DNA of 64,000 nt from Planctomycetota bacterium (GCA_038227875.1 JBBRPR010000005.1:32001-96000), one strand, 5' to 3'. Shown: positions 38,550-49,496, counted from the stretch's first letter. Numbers and translations: made by a program. Notes: generated from the sequence alone by a model not told the origin.

Positions 38550-40823
38550 CTAGCGCGAGAAGTTTCCAAAGCGCCGCGCGAGCACCGATTCCACCAGCAA
38601 CAGGCACAACACCGTGGTCGCCAGCCAGCGCCAGATCTCGCGGCTGCCTCCGGATTTTTTCAGGCTTTCCTCCACCGCGTTGGGGTCTTCGGCGGTCAGT
38701 TCGAAGTCGTCCTGCGTGACGAAATTCTTGAAGTAGCTGCGGTCGGTGCCGGTTTCCCCGGCGCGCGGCACGCAGGCCAGCACGTCGCGGTCGTCCATCG
38801 TGGTGAGGTCGGATTCTTCCGCGCTGCGGTTGGCGGCGAAGTGGACGAGATGCTTGGTTTCGCCGGGGACTTCCGCGGTGTGGATGCCGGCCTTCTTGAC
38901 CGGCAGGCTTTCGATGCGCGACTGTTCGGTCAGCACTTCCATCGCGCTGGATTCGCCAGACGGATCGACCAGGCGCACGCCTTCGTGGCGCGCCGGGCCG
39001 AGGTCCTGGCGCGGGAGCTGCATCGAAAATTTCTCGCCGACCATGCGGTTACGCTGCAGGTATGCCGGCTGGATCAGGTCGAGGGCGATGTAATTCATCA
39101 GCGGCAGGTATTCGTTCTTTTTCGGCCAGGTGTTCCAGTCCATGCTGGCGGTGGTGCCGAAGAGGACGACGCGGCCTTCGCCGATGCGCTTTTCGACGGC
39201 GGCCGGTTCGCCGGATTCGTAGGCGAGCATCGTGCGCACGGTGACGTCGGTCTGGGCTTTGGGCACGAGCTTGTAATGACGCGTGGCGCGGAGCGAGCCG
39301 AGCTTGAGGCCGCGGATGCCCTTGAACTTAGCGATCGCGGGGTGGCCGATTTCCTTGTCGCTGAGGGCTTCGCCCTGGTTGCCGTCGCTGGCGTCGGTGC
39401 CGACGAGTTCGCCGAGATCCATGGGCAGCAGGTCGGCGAGTTCCTTGTTGTAGAGACTGGGGATGACTTTCTCACCGACGAAGATCCAGAGCGCGCCGCC
39501 GTGGCGGACGAACTGTTCGAGTGCCTGAATTTTTTCCGGCGGCACCGAGGCGACGTTGCCGAGGACGACCAGGCGGTAGTTATCGAGATTGGCTTCCGGC
39601 AGGGCGCTGTCGCCGATGACTTCCGGCAGCAGCGGCATCTTGCCGGCGTGGACTTCTTCGCTCTTGGCGGGAGAAAGCGCCTGGCGGAAGTAATCGAGTT
39701 CGCTGGCGTTGGGGCCGACGCGCTGCTGGCCGTCGACGCAGAGCACGCGCATCTGGTCTTCGACGTCCACGGCCAGAAACGCCGTGTTGTCGCCGGGGAG
39801 CATGTCTTCGGGAAGTTCAACCGAGACGGCGTGCGAACCGGGGTCCGGGAAGCTGTAGCGGAAGTTGACGGTTTCAGTCTTGCCCTTCAGCAATTCTGGA
39901 ATCGTTTCAGACGCGACTTCTTCGTTGTCGATTTTCAAGCGAACGCGAACATCCTTATTGGGATTGCTGGAGTAGCTCTGGATGGTGGCGATGAACTGCG
40001 TGTCGATTTTCGCAGGGACGACCTTTTCGTCGACTTCCAACCCGACAGCCGCAAGGTTGTCGGATTCTTTTTCACCAGCGAGGCGAATCACGCGGATGAT
40101 CGGCTTGGATTTCGGATCGCCGAAGGTCTTGGCGATGGCATCTTCGTCGGCACCGAGCACGCGGCGGGGCTGATGGTCGGCATGTTCCCAGCCCGTGCGA
40201 GTCTGGTCGGTGATGACGATGATTTCGTGGCGCAGGTTGGTGGTTTTGCGGTCGAGGAAAATGCGGCAGGCCGCGGCGATGCTCTTGGGGATGTCCGTGC
40301 CGCCGTCGCTGAGTTGCGCGCCCTTGATGCCGCCGGCGATGTCCTGCTTGCGCAGTGCGGTGCTGGCAAGGACCTCGTCGCCGTTGGAGTTGGCGAGGAT
40401 CACGTCCACTTCATCGCTGAGCGAGAGTTTGCTGGTCAGTTCGGCGGCGATTTCCTTGGCCTTGTCGAACATCGGCTTGCCGCCGACGCGCTGGCCCATC
40501 GAGAACGAATTGTCGAGCACGATCACGCGGTGGATCGAGGCGCGGCCGGTGAGCAGGCCCATACCCTGCTGCAGGATCGGGTGCGCCAGCGCGAGGGCCA
40601 GCAGCACGAGGACGAGGATGCGGATGAGCAGCAGGATGAGCTGTTCGACCTGCAGGCGGCGCTGGGATTTTTTGTAGCTGGCCCAGAGCCAGTGCATCGC
40701 CGCCCAGATGTGCTTCTTGAAGCGCTGACGGTTGAGCAGATGGATCACGATCGGGATCGATCCAGCGAGAGCTCCACCCACCAGCGCGGGATTGGCAAAG
40801 AAACTGGCTAAGAACGTCGGCAT
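38550..40823 (-). CDS. BatA N-terminal + VWA domain protein
   Basis: PIVIHLLNR..WAAM (BatA), LDNSFSM MIDAS and a C-terminal TM. Confidence 0.88.
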   Translation of the reverse strand: MPTFLASFFANPALVGGALAGSIPIVIHLLNRQRFKKHIWAAMHWLWASYKKSQRRLQVEQLILLLIRILVLVLLALALAHPILQQGMGLLTGRASIHRVIVLDNSFSMGQRVGGKPMFDKAKEIAAELTSKLSLSDEVDVILANSNGDEVLASTALRKQDIAGGIKGAQLSDGGTDIPKSIAAACRIFLDRKTTNLRHEIIVITDQTRTGWEHADHQPRRVLGADEDAIAKTFGDPKSKPIIRVIRLAGEKESDNLAAVGLEVDEKVVPAKIDTQFIATIQSYSSNPNKDVRVRLKIDNEEVASETIPELLKGKTETVNFRYSFPDPGSHAVSVELPEDMLPGDNTAFLAVDVEDQMRVLCVDGQQRVGPNASELDYFRQALSPAKSEEVHAGKMPLLPEVIGDSALPEANLDNYRLVVLGNVASVPPEKIQALEQFVRHGGALWIFVGEKVIPSLYNKELADLLPMDLGELVGTDASDGNQGEALSDKEIGHPAIAKFKGIRGLKLGSLRATRHYKLVPKAQTDVTVRTMLAYESGEPAAVEKRIGEGRVVLFGTTASMDWNTWPKKNEYLPLMNYIALDLIQPAYLQRNRMVGEKFSMQLPRQDLGPARHEGVRLVDPSGESSAMEVLTEQSRIESLPVKKAGIHTAEVPGETKHLVHFAANRSAEESDLTTMDDRDVLACVPRAGETGTDRSYFKNFVTQDDFELTAEDPNAVEESLKKSGGSREIWRWLATTVLCLLLVESVLARRFGNFSR

Positions 40824-40858
40824 TCAGCGGTTTTCCCGTTTTCCTTTTTTACCCGGAC

Positions 40859-41764
40859 TTATTTCACTCTGCAGTTGGCGCGCGCCGCAAGATAGGCGCT
40901 CAAGACGACGTCCAGCGGATGCTTGGTCGAGACCGGCACGAAATCGATCTTGCTGTTGCGGCAGCCGCGCTTCATTTTCTCGTTGAAGGCCTGGTATTCT
41001 TCGATGTAACCCTTGCGCAGCGAGCGCGGATCGCAGAGCAATTCCTGCCAGCCTTCGTAACCTTCGAACAAGGTCATGTTGTCAAAGGGGAACGAGGTCT
41101 CGAAGTCGTCGAGGATCTGGAAGATGATCACTTCGTGGCGGCGGTGCCGGAAATGCTGCAGGCCAGAGAGCAGCTTGTCGGGATCGTCGAAGAGGTCGGA
41201 GAGGATCACGACCAGTCCTTTGCGCTTGATGCGTTCGGCCAGGTCGTGAAGGATGCTGCCGGTGTCGGTGCGCTGTTCGGGGACGATCTGCTTGAGTTCA
41301 TGAAGCAGCAGGCGCAGATGGGCCGGCGAGGCTGATGCGGGGACGAATTTTTTCACCTTGTTGTCGAAGAGCACCATGCCGACGGAGTCCTGCTGGCGGA
41401 TGAGCAGGTAGGTGAGGCTGGCGGCGATGTAGCAGGCGTATTCGAGCTTGGAGATGCTGCCCGGCGAAGCGTATTTCATGGACTCGCTGGTATCGAGCAG
41501 AATGTAGCTGCGGAGATTGGTCTCTTCTTCGTACTGCTTGATGTAGAAGCGGTCGGACTTGGCGAAGACTTTCCAGTCGAGATGTTTCAGGTCGTCGCCG
41601 GGCGAGTATTCGCGGTGTTCGGCGAATTCGACGCTGAAGCCGTGGTAGGGCGACTTGTGCTGCCCGGAGATGTAGCCTTCGACGATGAGACGTGCCTTAA
41701 GATCGAGGTTGCCGATCTTGGTGAGCGTTTTGGGGTCGAGGTAGCGGGAGAGGTCGTTGGCCAT
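40859..41764 (-). CDS. DUF58 domain protein
   Basis: GFSVEFAEHREYSPGDD..LDWK, KQYEEET and LDTSES. Confidence 0.92.
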   Translation of the reverse strand: MANDLSRYLDPKTLTKIGNLDLKARLIVEGYISGQHKSPYHGFSVEFAEHREYSPGDDLKHLDWKVFAKSDRFYIKQYEEETNLRSYILLDTSESMKYASPGSISKLEYACYIAASLTYLLIRQQDSVGMVLFDNKVKKFVPASASPAHLRLLLHELKQIVPEQRTDTGSILHDLAERIKRKGLVVILSDLFDDPDKLLSGLQHFRHRRHEVIIFQILDDFETSFPFDNMTLFEGYEGWQELLCDPRSLRKGYIEEYQAFNEKMKRGCRNSKIDFVPVSTKHPLDVVLSAYLAARANCRVK

Positions 41765-41801
41765 TTTAGTTCCGTTCCTCGTTCCCGGCGCGGCCCAATG
41801 C

Positions 41802-41881
41802 CGCCCCTCCGGGGCTTGCGCGATGTATGGCGATCACTTACGGCTCACGCCGTGGGCTACTTTATTGCGCCCCTCCGGGGC
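41802..41881. repeat. Composite REP-like element
   Basis: CGCCCCTCCGGGGC at 41802-41815 and 41868-41881, flanking the hairpin ACGGCTCACGCCGT. Confidence 0.65.
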
Positions 41882-41950
41882 GAGTAACGGGCTCGTCCCT
41901 GCGGTACGGGTCCCGATGAATTTACCTGCACTTTCTTTGACTTATTTTCG

Positions 41951-42565
41951 TTACCGTTCCTGTTCCGTCTCGGCCTTCACCTGCTTCAACCGCGCCTGGA
42001 GGTCTTCGGGCAGCGCGGATTCGATCTTGGGGGTGATCAGGTGTTCTTCGAGCAAGTCCTGGATGTGGACGATGTCCACGTGCCGGTAGCTGGTCAGCTT
42101 CATCATCAGCAGCGGTTCCAGCAGCAGGCATTCGAAACCCAGCAGTGACGGGAAGGAATAGAATCCTTCCAGTTTCGGCGTCGGGTGCGCATAGCGTTCG
42201 CGTAATTTTTCGCCGGCGCGGATCAGCCGGACGTTGTTGCTGCGGCGGTCGAGGTGCGAGCTGGTCAGCGCCGATTGCAGGTCGATCGCTTCGCGGCCGG
42301 AGGCCTTGAGCAGTTCACGGACTTTTTCGATATCGGCGGCGTTGACCAGCACGTCGACGTTGCCCTTGGCGTGCGCGGAGCCGCCGTCGACTTCCCAGAC
42401 CAGCGCGTGGACGGCCAGGCCGCCGGCGATGGCGTGGTGGATCTGGCTGCGGCGCAGGAGCGTGCTGACTTTGCGCGCGCGTTCGATCACGCGCTCAATG
42501 CTGTATTCATCGCCGACGCGAGCGCCCGCGCCGGTCTTTGCGGCTGTCCAGGGATCCGATGGCAT
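41951..42565 (-). CDS. Nucleotidyltransferase-fold hypothetical protein
   Basis: IAGGLAV..NVDVLV..LMMKL..R..D..HIQDL pattern. Confidence 0.6.
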   Translation of the reverse strand: MPSDPWTAAKTGAGARVGDEYSIERVIERARKVSTLLRRSQIHHAIAGGLAVHALVWEVDGGSAHAKGNVDVLVNAADIEKVRELLKASGREAIDLQSALTSSHLDRRSNNVRLIRAGEKLRERYAHPTPKLEGFYSFPSLLGFECLLLEPLLMMKLTSYRHVDIVHIQDLLEEHLITPKIESALPEDLQARLKQVKAETEQER

Positions 42566-42603
42566 AATAGTTTAGTCTCTCGTCCGGAGTTCCTCAGTCA
42601 GAC

Positions 42604-43665
42604 TTACGCGCTCTTGGCAGTCATCCCGGCCACGCGGGGGTCGGCGAGGTTTTCGCTTTCCTGGCGGGGCACTTCCTTGAGCATCATCTCGATGATCTTG
42701 TCGGAGTTGATGCCTTCGGCTTCCGCGTTGAAGTTGGTGATGATGCGGTGGCGCAGCGTCGGCACCGCGACGGCAGCGATGTCCTCCGTCGAGACATAGT
42801 AGCGGCCCTGCAGAATCGCGCGGGCCTTCGCGCCGAGGATCAAGTTCTGGCTCGCGCGCGGACCGGCGCCCCAGCTGACGTTATCCTGGATGAACTTGGG
42901 CACGCCGCCTTTGCTCACGCGGGTCATGCGCACCAGCTTCATCGCGTAGCGGACGACATGGTCGGCGACCGGCACGCGGCGGACGATTTCCTGGAGCTCG
43001 ATGATTTCCGGCGCCGTCAGCGTCTTGGTGAGCACCGGCTTGAAGGGCGCGGTGGTCAGCTTGACGATCTGGAACTCTTCCTCTTCCGACGGATAGTCAA
43101 CGAAGACCTTGAACATAAAACGGTCCAGCTGGGCTTCGGGGAGCGGGTAGGTGCCTTCCTGTTCGATCGGGTTCTGCGTGGCGAGCACGAAGAAGGGCTG
43201 TTCGAGCTTGCGGCGCACGCCGCCGGTGGTGACCTGGTGTTCCTGCATCGCTTCCAGCAGCGCGGCCTGCGTCTTGGGCGGCGTGCGGTTGATTTCGTCG
43301 GCGAGAATCACGTTGGCGAACAACGGGCCGGAGATGAATTTGAATTCGCGCGCGCCGGTGGCCTTGTTTTCCTGGATCACTTCCGTGCCGGTGATGTCGG
43401 AGGGCATCAAGTCGGGCGTGAACTGGATGCGGGCGAATTTCAGGCTGAGCGTGTCGGCCAGCGTGCTGATCAAGAGCGTCTTGGCCAGTCCCGGCACGCC
43501 TTCCAGCATGCAATGACCGCGCGCGAAGATCGCGACCATCAGTTCTTCGATCACGGTCTCCTGGCCGACGATGACCTTCGACAGTTCTGCCTTGATCTGC
43601 TTGTAGGTGGCGTTGAGCTTCTGGACCGACTGGATGTCCTTCTCGTTGCTTGCTTCGTCAGCCAT
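42604..43665 (-). CDS. moxR: MoxR family AAA+ ATPase
   Basis: [29 protein letters not shown] and [22 protein letters not shown]. Confidence 0.95.
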   Translation of the reverse strand: MADEASNEKDIQSVQKLNATYKQIKAELSKVIVGQETVIEELMVAIFARGHCMLEGVPGLAKTLLISTLADTLSLKFARIQFTPDLMPSDITGTEVIQENKATGAREFKFISGPLFANVILADEINRTPPKTQAALLEAMQEHQVTTGGVRRKLEQPFFVLATQNPIEQEGTYPLPEAQLDRFMFKVFVDYPSEEEEFQIVKLTTAPFKPVLTKTLTAPEIIELQEIVRRVPVADHVVRYAMKLVRMTRVSKGGVPKFIQDNVSWGAGPRASQNLILGAKARAILQGRYYVSTEDIAAVAVPTLRHRIITNFNAEAEGINSDKIIEMMLKEVPRQESENLADPRVAGMTAKSA

Positions 43666-43742
43666 GAACCGATCTCCCTTTTCATTCTGTTGCGCGCGGC
43701 ATCAACCTTCAGACAGTCCTGCTTTGGATTTCTCCACCACAA

Positions 43743-43779
43743 ACATCCGGCACACACATCCGGCACACACATCCGGCAC
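43743..43779. repeat. 13-bp tandem repeat, about 3 copies
   Basis: ACATCCGGCACAC twice plus ACATCCGGCAC. Confidence 0.8.
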
Positions 43780-43785
43780 TGCAGG

Positions 43786-46700
43786 TTACTTGGAAAACTC
43801 ACCTTTCGAGAACAATCGCGGTTCCGGCGGCGAGAGCACGCCGGGGCTGGAGCCCACGGCCTTCTCGGGCGTGCCGTCGTCCTGATCCTGATCGAGGACG
43901 GCGAAGGAGAAGCCGAACTGCTTGCCGGGTTCGGCTTTCAGCGCCACGGAGGCCAGCGGCAGCGCGAATTGATAGACGGTGGTCTTCGCACCTTCGTTGC
44001 GGGCGACGAAGACGCCGTTTTCGATCGGGGTGCGCCCGGTCAGGAATTTTCCGTGTTCCACCCAGCGCCAGCCCACCGGCGTGCCGGCCTTGGAGAGGCC
44101 GCCGCCGAGCGAAAATTCCTCGCCGCGGAAGGCCACGCCGCCGTCGTTGTTGCTGTCGAACATCAGCAGCGCACTGTCGCCGAGGTCGATCAATTGGCCT
44201 TCGGCCTGATCGTTCTTGTGCTTGTCATCCTTCACGGTCAGCAGCACGTAGATGTTCTTATCGTCGTAGCCGCCGCGGAACGAGACGCTCAGGTCGTCGG
44301 CGCCCTTCCAGGCGGCCTTGCGCGACGCGGCTCCGGGGACCTGTTCGCTGGTCAAGTAGACGTCGCGCCAGGAATCGAATTTCTGTTCGGCGGCATTTTT
44401 CCAGTCGTCGAGGTTGCCGTCGAGCTTCGGGGCCTTGTCGAGTTTCGCGAATTTGAGCGTGGGCTTGATCTTGATCGCATGGTCGCGGCGCATCTTGGCG
44501 AAGACGTCGTAGACCTGCGAGAACTTGTCGTCGCTGAGCGCCGTGTTGCCGCTGAGCACTTTGGTCAGCGCGCCGAGCGCTTTGTCGTGTTCGCCGGAGT
44601 CGTACTGCGCACGCGCCCAGCGCAGCGCCAGGTCGGCGTCTTCCGGATTCTTCTGGTACTTTTCGTCGAGTGCCTTGGCGTCGCTGCCGGAACTTTCACC
44701 TTCGGCGGAGACATAAGAGGTGCGCCGCCGCGCTTCGCTGACGGTCAGGCCGCCATCGAAGAGCTGGAGCGAATACGAACCGTGCGTGCCGTCGGCGTTG
44801 AGGGTTGGATCGGAGGCCAGCGACTGGTCCCACGTGAGCTTGCCGGTGCGGCGGTCGACGAGGACCACGGCCGAAGCTTTCGCGCCGGTGGGATCCCAGT
44901 TGCTCTGCGTCAGCACGAGGTGGTGCGCGGTGATCAGGTTTTCAGGGATCGAGAGCTGGCCGGCGAATTCCGACGCGGCGTCCGTCTCCCACTGGAACTT
45001 GCCGCCTTTGGGGATCGAGTACGACTTGAGCTTGGTCGCACGCCCGCCGCTCTTGCCCGGTTCGGTCACGACCACGTAAAGGTCGTCGGCGTCGGCGTGG
45101 ATGTCGGTGACGTTGCCGGAGAGATCGATCCACCAGGATGAATGGTCGCCTTCGCCATCTGTCTTGTACGCGCGGACTTTCTTTTCCGGCGTCGCGGGGG
45201 TGATGGCGAAAAGCAGGGCGCGGGTGGCGTAGAAGCCGCGGACATCGGAGTCGCACTGCGATTCCCAGATGAGCTTGCCGGTGTGCGTGTCGAAGGCGCG
45301 GATCTTCTTGCCCTGGTCGGCGAGGTACATGCGGTCGCCGTTGATCACCGGCCCAGCGCTGATTCCCGACGTGGCATCGACGATCCCGCGCTTGGCTTCG
45401 GTATCGAGATCGTAGAGCAGGACTTTGAGCGGCGTGCCCACCGAAACAGCGACGCAGCCATCGCCCACGGCCGGCAAGCCGAAAATTGGGCCTTCCAGCT
45501 GCGTGAACCAGAGTTCAGTGCCCGAGGACGCATCCAGAACGCTCAGCGTTCCTGTCGGATACACGACGACGACTTTTTGTGCGTCAGGAGAGATCAGCGG
45601 CGGCAACTGCAGCCCGGCGCGGAGCGTGTAGCGCCAGACGACCTTGCCTTTGTCCTTGCTGTCGAGCGCCACGATTTCCGAATCGCCGAAGAGGACCATC
45701 ATGCGGTCGGCCCAGTAGACAGCCGGACGGCACCCGGCCGGCAGTTTCGGGCGCGGCTGCCAGAGGTCGTCGCCGCCCTCGCGGCCGGAGACGACGGAAA
45801 GTTCCGACTGGTTCTCGACGAAGAAGAGATTGCGGCGCATGTCCTGCGGAATCATGCCGTGCATCACCACCGGCGCCGATTGTGCGGCGGCCTGGCGCGA
45901 CCACGCGGCCTTCGGCTTTTCGCGGCCGAGGGTATAGATCGCCGACGAGGGCGAGCCCTGGAAGAGCTTGTCGGCGAGGCGGTTTTTCGCCCAGTCTTTG
46001 GCCGAGATCGGCGCGGCCAGTTTGGTTTCGGGATTGAGCGGATCGAATTCGAGCTTCACATCCGCAGCGTCGGCGCGGGCGTTGATGCGGTAGAGGACAT
46101 CCTGCGCGGCGGCGAGCATGCGCGAGCGCTCCAAGCCGGCTTCCAGCAGCGCCAGGCCCTGCACGGCTTCGGGGGTGTTGCCGGCGCGGTTGAGGTAGCG
46201 GCGCGCGTTCTGACGGGCGCGGTCGGGATCGGTCGGGAGCGCCAGTTGGGCGAGTTTCAGCAGCGCCTGGCGGCTGGCGCCGGCATTGGGATAGGTGGAA
46301 ACGAGCGTTTCCAATGCCGCGGAATCGTTGCCGGCCTGCGTGAGCGCGGCCGTCGCTTCGGCTTCGATCTTGGCGTAGGCTTCCGGATTCTTGCGGCGTA
46401 TCTCTTCGATGCGCGCCTGCACAAATAACCGCGCGCGCGAGGACGAGCCGGCGACGAACGCGTAGACTACGTCGCCGTACTTCGAGACGATCTCCTGGTA
46501 GTGCTGCAAGGCCGTGGCGGCATCACCGCGGGCATTGGCGTTTTCGGCCATCAGGTTCAGCGCGATGACGGGCAGTTCCTTGCCGGCTTCGGGAAGTTTG
46601 GCCGCTTCGTACGCGCGCTTGAAGTACGCGTACGCTTTTTCGCCCTGCTCCTTGAGGCCCAGCGACTTGAGCGTTTCGAAGCGCTGCGTGCGCATCTGCG

Positions 46701-49317
46701 CGAGATTGCCGGCAGCTTTCGGATCGGCTTTCAGTTTCTCGGCTTCGGCTTCACCTTTTTCGAGCGTATTCAGCGCGTCTTCGAAGTGTTCGACGCGGAA
46801 GTAGACGCCGGCCAGTTCGACGTACGAGGCCAGGTCGGTGGGTTCCGCGGCGAGGCGGTCTTTGAGCTTGCGTTCCATCTCTTCCCAGACGAAGAACGCG
46901 TTGACGCGGTTGTGGCTGACGGTGTAGAGCACGTCGCCGGCGATGAAGACGTTGCCGGCTTCATCCTTGGCGTTGTTCCATTTGAATTCGTCGCGGACCT
47001 TGGCGGTGAACTTGTCCTTGTCGCCGGTGGCCGTCTTTTCTTTCGTCACCGTCGCGTCGATGCGGACGAGCGAACGCTCGGTCGGCACCAGCGCCATGTT
47101 TTCCGTCACCACGCCGCGGCCGAAGATGGGGCTGTCCGTGGCGATCGATTCGCCCGGGCCGGAGATCTTGCCGCTCCAGGCATCGAAGAAGTGGACGCGG
47201 CTGCCGGTGATGCAGAGATTGCCGTTGACGATGCCAAGGATGTGCTTCAAGCCGCCGACTTCCGCCGCGTCGGTCTTTTTCATGCGTTCGATGTGGTACT
47301 TGCGCTGGCCCATCTCGAAGGGCGTGCCCTTGTCGGTCTTGCCGTCTTCGGTGTAATAGGCGTAGAGCATGTCGGAATCCTGCGGCGTGACGATCAGCAG
47401 GTTCTTGTAGACGATCGGTGGGTTGGGTCCCCAGAAATCGCTGGGCAGGTTGGACTGATCGCCGTTCCAGCGGCCGGGCTGGATCTTGACGCGGTCGTAG
47501 ACGCGGATCCAGCGGATCGTTCCGCCGAGGGCATCCAGCGCGGCGACGGCGCCGAGATTGGTGCAGACATAGACGGCGCCGTTGGCGACCGTGACAGGCA
47601 GTCCGACGTCGGGCTGGACCACGCCGCCGACAAAGACGGGGTTGGCGGCGCAGATCATCGTGTGCCAGAGCATGCGGCCGGATTCAGCATCGAACGCGGC
47701 GGCCCAGGCTTCATTGGTGCCGCCGATGTGGACGGCCATGGAGTAGAGCACGCCGTTTTCGTACGTCGGAGCGCTGGTGAAGTAGACGGATTTCAGCCAA
47801 TCCTGATCGGCCTTGGTGTGGCTCAGGAACGTTGGCGAATCGGGTTTCAACGTCCAGACCAGCTTGCCGGATTCGACCGTGCCACCGGTGCGCTGGCGAC
47901 CGAGCGAGACGAGATAATTCGAGGGCGAGCGCTGTTCCATCCCGCCGCCGCGGAACATGTTCGGATCCATCGCCACCGGGTCGCCGCCGCAGACCATGTA
48001 GAGGCGTTCGTTGGCGATCGTGACGAAGTACGGATGCTGGTAGATGCCCTGCTGCGCCTGGCGCGCACGGCGGCGGCCGGAATTGTCCTGATCGGCCGGG
48101 AAGACGAACTTGGCGTTGCCGCCCACGCTGGGCACGCCGGGCACGGGCATGCCGACGGGATAGGCCACGACCATTTGCGAATCGCAGAGGTAAAAGTAGC
48201 CTTCGTGCGCGACCAATTGGTGATTGAGTGTGGGCACGTCGATAATTGGCTGACCGTTGTTGACCTGAACATTCGGATCGGCGTTGCCGGGCGCGTCCGC
48301 GCCGGGGCCGTAGAGCAGCTGATTGAGCGAGACCGACCAGCGCGAGACGCCGACGCTGCTGCGCGCGGGCACGACTTTGTTGTGCGCCGCGTTGCCAAAA
48401 TACGTGTCCCACGAGCGGTTGGCATCGCCTGCCAATGAGGCCGGCGCGTTGCCGGCGGTCATCGCCGCGACGCGCGCGGTGAGGCTGGCGATCGCTTTTT
48501 CGCCTTCCAGGTTTCCGGCCCGGACGGGGCCGTTGGCCGGATCCTGGCTGGCGGTCTTGAGATCCTTCAGCGCGTTCTGCGCGCCAACCACTTCGCCGAG
48601 CTGAATAAACGCGAGCACCTTGCGGATCAGCAGTCCCGACGAGAGCGGCTTGGACGCTTCGTCCTTCAGCACGCGATCGACGCGCGCGATCGACTGGCGA
48701 CGGGCTCCGGAATCGTAGGAGACTTCCGCCAGCCACGTCATTGCAGGAACGCCGACCGACGTCGAGGCGTACTCGACGGCCACCTGCTCCATCTTGCGTT
48801 CGTCGGCGCGGTCTTGAGCTTCCTGGAAAAGCGCTTTCGCCGTCGGGTCGTTGACGGCGCGGTAAATTTCCAGCCCGCCGCGAGGAAGGCTGGCGATGTC
48901 TGTGGCGACGCGTTCGCGGGTCGACTTGTAGAGGCCGTTCTTGAAGGGATCGTTGTCGGGTTCCTTGATCAGAACCTTCTCCGGGCCTTCCCATTTGTCG
49001 AGGTAGACGCTGTTGGGGTACTTCTTCAGAATTTCGGCGTAGTACTTCACACATTCCGGCCAGACGGAGGGATCGGTCATGGCCTTTTCGCGGGCCTTCT
49101 GGGCTTTCTTGAGGAGATCGACGACGCCCTGCTCTTCGGCCAGCGTAACGTTGTGGTCGGGGCCTTTGGCTTTTTCTTCGGCGGGCGGGGGCGGATCCTT
49201 GGGTTCAGCGGCTTGGGCGTTGCAATAAGAGGTAGAAAAGGTTAACGGAACCAGCAGTCCCGCCAGCGCCACGAGGGCAGACCAAGGCGGTAAGTCCTTC
49301 GAGAATTGGGCTTGCAC
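43786..49317 (-). CDS. Giant exported protein with PQQ-like beta-propellers, TPR-like helices and a C-terminal CBM9/DOMON-like domain
   Basis: Signal-like N-terminus, repeated A(L/F)DxxxGxxxW blades, and PKLDGNLDDW..GYDDKNIY..VKDD. Start is GTG 49317 or TTG 49359. Confidence 0.85.
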   Translation of the reverse strand: MQAQFSKDLPPWSALVALAGLLVPLTFSTSYCNAQAAEPKDPPPPAEEKAKGPDHNVTLAEEQGVVDLLKKAQKAREKAMTDPSVWPECVKYYAEILKKYPNSVYLDKWEGPEKVLIKEPDNDPFKNGLYKSTRERVATDIASLPRGGLEIYRAVNDPTAKALFQEAQDRADERKMEQVAVEYASTSVGVPAMTWLAEVSYDSGARRQSIARVDRVLKDEASKPLSSGLLIRKVLAFIQLGEVVGAQNALKDLKTASQDPANGPVRAGNLEGEKAIASLTARVAAMTAGNAPASLAGDANRSWDTYFGNAAHNKVVPARSSVGVSRWSVSLNQLLYGPGADAPGNADPNVQVNNGQPIIDVPTLNHQLVAHEGYFYLCDSQMVVAYPVGMPVPGVPSVGGNAKFVFPADQDNSGRRRARQAQQGIYQHPYFVTIANERLYMVCGGDPVAMDPNMFRGGGMEQRSPSNYLVSLGRQRTGGTVESGKLVWTLKPDSPTFLSHTKADQDWLKSVYFTSAPTYENGVLYSMAVHIGGTNEAWAAAFDAESGRMLWHTMICAANPVFVGGVVQPDVGLPVTVANGAVYVCTNLGAVAALDALGGTIRWIRVYDRVKIQPGRWNGDQSNLPSDFWGPNPPIVYKNLLIVTPQDSDMLYAYYTEDGKTDKGTPFEMGQRKYHIERMKKTDAAEVGGLKHILGIVNGNLCITGSRVHFFDAWSGKISGPGESIATDSPIFGRGVVTENMALVPTERSLVRIDATVTKEKTATGDKDKFTAKVRDEFKWNNAKDEAGNVFIAGDVLYTVSHNRVNAFFVWEEMERKLKDRLAAEPTDLASYVELAGVYFRVEHFEDALNTLEKGEAEAEKLKADPKAAGNLAQMRTQRFETLKSLGLKEQGEKAYAYFKRAYEAAKLPEAGKELPVIALNLMAENANARGDAATALQHYQEIVSKYGDVVYAFVAGSSSRARLFVQARIEEIRRKNPEAYAKIEAEATAALTQAGNDSAALETLVSTYPNAGASRQALLKLAQLALPTDPDRARQNARRYLNRAGNTPEAVQGLALLEAGLERSRMLAAAQDVLYRINARADAADVKLEFDPLNPETKLAAPISAKDWAKNRLADKLFQGSPSSAIYTLGREKPKAAWSRQAAAQSAPVVMHGMIPQDMRRNLFFVENQSELSVVSGREGGDDLWQPRPKLPAGCRPAVYWADRMMVLFGDSEIVALDSKDKGKVVWRYTLRAGLQLPPLISPDAQKVVVVYPTGTLSVLDASSGTELWFTQLEGPIFGLPAVGDGCVAVSVGTPLKVLLYDLDTEAKRGIVDATSGISAGPVINGDRMYLADQGKKIRAFDTHTGKLIWESQCDSDVRGFYATRALLFAITPATPEKKVRAYKTDGEGDHSSWWIDLSGNVTDIHADADDLYVVVTEPGKSGGRATKLKSYSIPKGGKFQWETDAASEFAGQLSIPENLITAHHLVLTQSNWDPTGAKASAVVLVDRRTGKLTWDQSLASDPTLNADGTHGSYSLQLFDGGLTVSEARRRTSYVSAEGESSGSDAKALDEKYQKNPEDADLALRWARAQYDSGEHDKALGALTKVLSGNTALSDDKFSQVYDVFAKMRRDHAIKIKPTLKFAKLDKAPKLDGNLDDWKNAAEQKFDSWRDVYLTSEQVPGAASRKAAWKGADDLSVSFRGGYDDKNIYVLLTVKDDKHKNDQAEGQLIDLGDSALLMFDSNNDGGVAFRGEEFSLGGGLSKAGTPVGWRWVEHGKFLTGRTPIENGVFVARNEGAKTTVYQFALPLASVALKAEPGKQFGFSFAVLDQDQDDGTPEKAVGSSPGVLSPPEPRLFSKGEFSK

Positions 49318-49496
49318 GGGAGTTGGAATCCTTTCCCCGTTGATCAACAGGCCGACCAACCAGCACTCAACCAGCTCTTAAGTGGCATACGAGGCGAACG
49401 CTTCGTTTCTGGCACAAATTCTGCTCGAAAGCATTAGCCTTGTCGACCGCCGATTTTGCGAGCCCGCGCTCCGCACACGTGATTTGGCACAATGAT

